A stretch of 63,053 nt of DNA, filler included, from Pelomyxa schiedti (Eukaryota; Protista; Evosea): the NCBI GenBank assembly GCA_020536535.1. It is 16 parts of 16 records of this genome, joined end to end, with 100 filler letters (N's around TTAATTAATTAA, not from the genome) between each part and the next. Parts side by side here need not be neighbours in the genome. Positions count along the whole stretch, not along the records: positions 60,878 to 63,053 come from JAHLWZ010002089.1; 15 more parts are not named here. One strand, given 5' to 3'. Below, piece by piece: positions 60,878-63,053 of the stretch (its first letter is position 1; each line of letters starts with the position of its first letter). The notes beneath the pieces were generated by a model. That model was not told the DNA's origin, searched no databases, and was given only the letters and a program-made list of their open reading frames with translations. The translations under genes and the position numbers were made by a program.

Positions 60878-63044
60878 ACCACACCCAGGAAGTGTGTGCG
60901 TATGAATGCTGCATCAATGGCGTCACCGTAGTGGTTGAGTATCGCCTGCCACCCTGCAAGGTTGATGTAAGAGCTTGGTGACAGCCGCGTGTCAAACATG
61001 GACACAACCTATTATTGGTGTAATTCCTGAAAGGGGGTGGGAGCTGTGGGCTTTTGTTTGTTTGTTTTAGGGAACACCATACATCGTCCAGGGGGATGTC
61101 AAAGGTGTCGAGAAGCCACCGTGCACATCGGTTCTTGCCAGCAGAAAGAAGCCTGAACAAGAGGGCATTGTGATCCCTGTTGATGTTGTTGTACTGCAGG
61201 TTGAACTTGCACATCACCCACTTGACGCTGCTGCTGGATGGAACTGGTGGGGACACGTCAGAAGTGAGGCACTGGCCCATGAACTGTGGAGTCAACAGTG
61301 GGGAATCCTCCCCAACAGAGTGGATGAGGCGCTGCAGGACTTGCAGGTCATGCTTCATGAGATCTGTCAGGAGAGTCCTCAGTTGGTTTAGGGGCACGTC
61401 CCTGAACCAAGCAGGAAACTCCTCCAGCAGAACCGGTACACAATCCCAAAGATGAAACAGGACTGCTTCTGTAATGACGTTGTGAATTCCGCTCTCTTGC
61501 AACTGCAACGGGTGTGGAAGGTGCTGAAGGAACCACCTCAATCCAGCAGCAACGCAATAGTTGAACCCTGTGCACAACTCCGCTAGTGTGTTTTCAGAAT
61601 CACCTGGTTGGGAAATGACATCATTCATCACGTGGAAGGTGTCATCCAGCCATTCAGCAACTTCAATTCGGCTCTGATGCAGTGCCTCGATCAGGCTTCT
61701 GATTACGTCACTTCGTGAGAGTGTCACCCTCGTTGAAAGCCACTTGGCGAGTGACAATCCTCCTCTTTTGGCGGTGGAACACGCGCATGTAAACATTTCC
61801 GGAGTTGGTGCCGCTTTCTTCTCGGTCAGCAACCACTGAGTGAGCTCAACATCACCAAGACTTCCACAGAGAACGTTCCACGACTCCTCACTTGGGTCCA
61901 GCGGAACCTTCGTAAGGACCCACTTGGCAACATCGGGATTCCGAATATTTTTCAAGGCGTAGTCATCAACATCACCACTGAGGATATCAGCTTCAAACCA
62001 TTGGCAATCCTCCACAGATGCGTGCTCATTCCGGAGAAGTGAGTCCACAATTTCGGTTTTGGTGGTGGGCATTGGAAATTTCTTTTCAGCAAACCACCTG
62101 AAATTCCCAGGGCAGACTCCTCTGACACACTGCAGCAACAAATTCGCGACGGCTGGAGGATCCAGCCTTTCCTCAAAGTGAAATTTTTCAAACAGCCACT
62201 TCACAACCCGGATTTCCCCACGATACAGAGAGGAACAGAGAGATTTATACAGCAACCAGGGGGCATCATCTGTCCCAATGCCAAGAACAGGCAACAGCCA
62301 CCTCACAATGTCCACATTGCCGGTAAAACACACGCTATCCATGAAGCACTTGGTGCCACACGACGCCCTCACATGCTCCATCACCATTGCCCTCAAAGCT
62401 GCCACTTTCCCACTTCCTCCAGTCACGCACCAAACAGAACCATTGCCAGCAACAACAGAATCAGCAGCGGCTCTCCACCTCGCAACACACCGGCCATCCC
62501 ACAGCAACGGCAATGTCCCCCCACCACAACCACTGCTACTGCTGACTGCCGTGTGCGTTGATGATGGCTCTGAACGAATAGCTTCATCACCCAGGAATGC
62601 ACGTGCAGCATTGATATGTCCCCCGACGCACAGACCAAGCAGCGTCGCCGCAACCTCTTTCACCGCAATGTCCACAGTATCCCTCACCACGAGTCGCTGT
62701 GCGCTGCTGGTTCCGCTGCTGTTACCTCTCTCTGATGATTCTGTCGACGATGATGACGACCTGGTGATGCCGGTGGATTGCCTGTGGTTCGAAATCCAGG
62801 CGATGCAGGATGGAGCCAGCGCCCTGGCCGCGATGGCGATGATCCCATAAGTGGATCCCGCGCGGTCGCTGGGCCCAGCCATCACCCTGCGGCACGCTCG
62901 TGGCACCAGCGGGAACATCGCCTGCGCGAGCCTGATTACGTCCAGGTCCGCAGCGCGCCACAACATGTTGTCGTCGTCGTGGTAGGCAGGCGGCGGGTCC
63001 AGCCAACCTGGCACCACAACCATGTCCCACACAACCTGTGACAC
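60878..63044 (-). CDS. intronless >720-aa hypothetical protein with degenerate ankyrin-like helical repeats
   Basis: Long ORF with recurring C..G....+.WL units (CVGGHINAARAF, CFTGNVDIVRWLL, GEIRVVKWLF, SRIEVAEWL, GKNRCARWLL). The fragment at 57850-57975 resembles it. Confidence 0.7.
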
Positions 63045-63053
63045 TCTAAGAAC

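Overview
Eukaryotic, intron-rich protist DNA with the standard genetic code and mostly 35-70 nt GT-AG introns. Gene content and lineage-specific families suggest an anaerobic amoebozoan such as an archamoeba of the Pelomyxa type; this is inference, not shown by the sequence. The window is not one locus. Fifteen 100-nt spacers (N-runs containing TTAATTAATTAA) join unrelated contigs, and nine plain 100-N gaps are scaffold gaps, several flanked by ~120-nt overlaps or by alternate-haplotype copies. Recognisable genes: beta-tubulin, a C1-ankyrin-VPS9 GEF, GH20 beta-hexosaminidase, ESF1, an ataxin-3-like Josephin/UIM DUB, a PHO80-type cyclin, an ankyrin-BTB-bromodomain-ET protein, a three-BRCT microcephalin-like protein and an ACBD6-like 3' end. 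RNA genes: U4 snRNA, tRNA-Arg(CCG), tRNA-His(GTG) and tRNA-Pro(CGG). Most notable: (1) a spliced gene that appears to fuse an arginine-finger-less RhoGAP, an SH3 domain and a long Pro/Thr linker to a complete prenylatable Ras GTPase; (2) an intron-containing homologue of the bacterial stand-alone B12 methionine-synthase activation domain; (3) an intron-containing bacterial-type acyltransferase-3/SGNH fusion; (4) two fold-back elements with TGT...ACA ends and conserved hairpins, whose arm-to-arm differences are mostly CpG transitions; (5) a 1.6-kb nested-inverted-repeat element with a central 26-nt hairpin; (6) a Gag zinc-knuckle joined almost directly to an integrase with no protease or RT between them. 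All coordinates, splice models and counts were read by eye.
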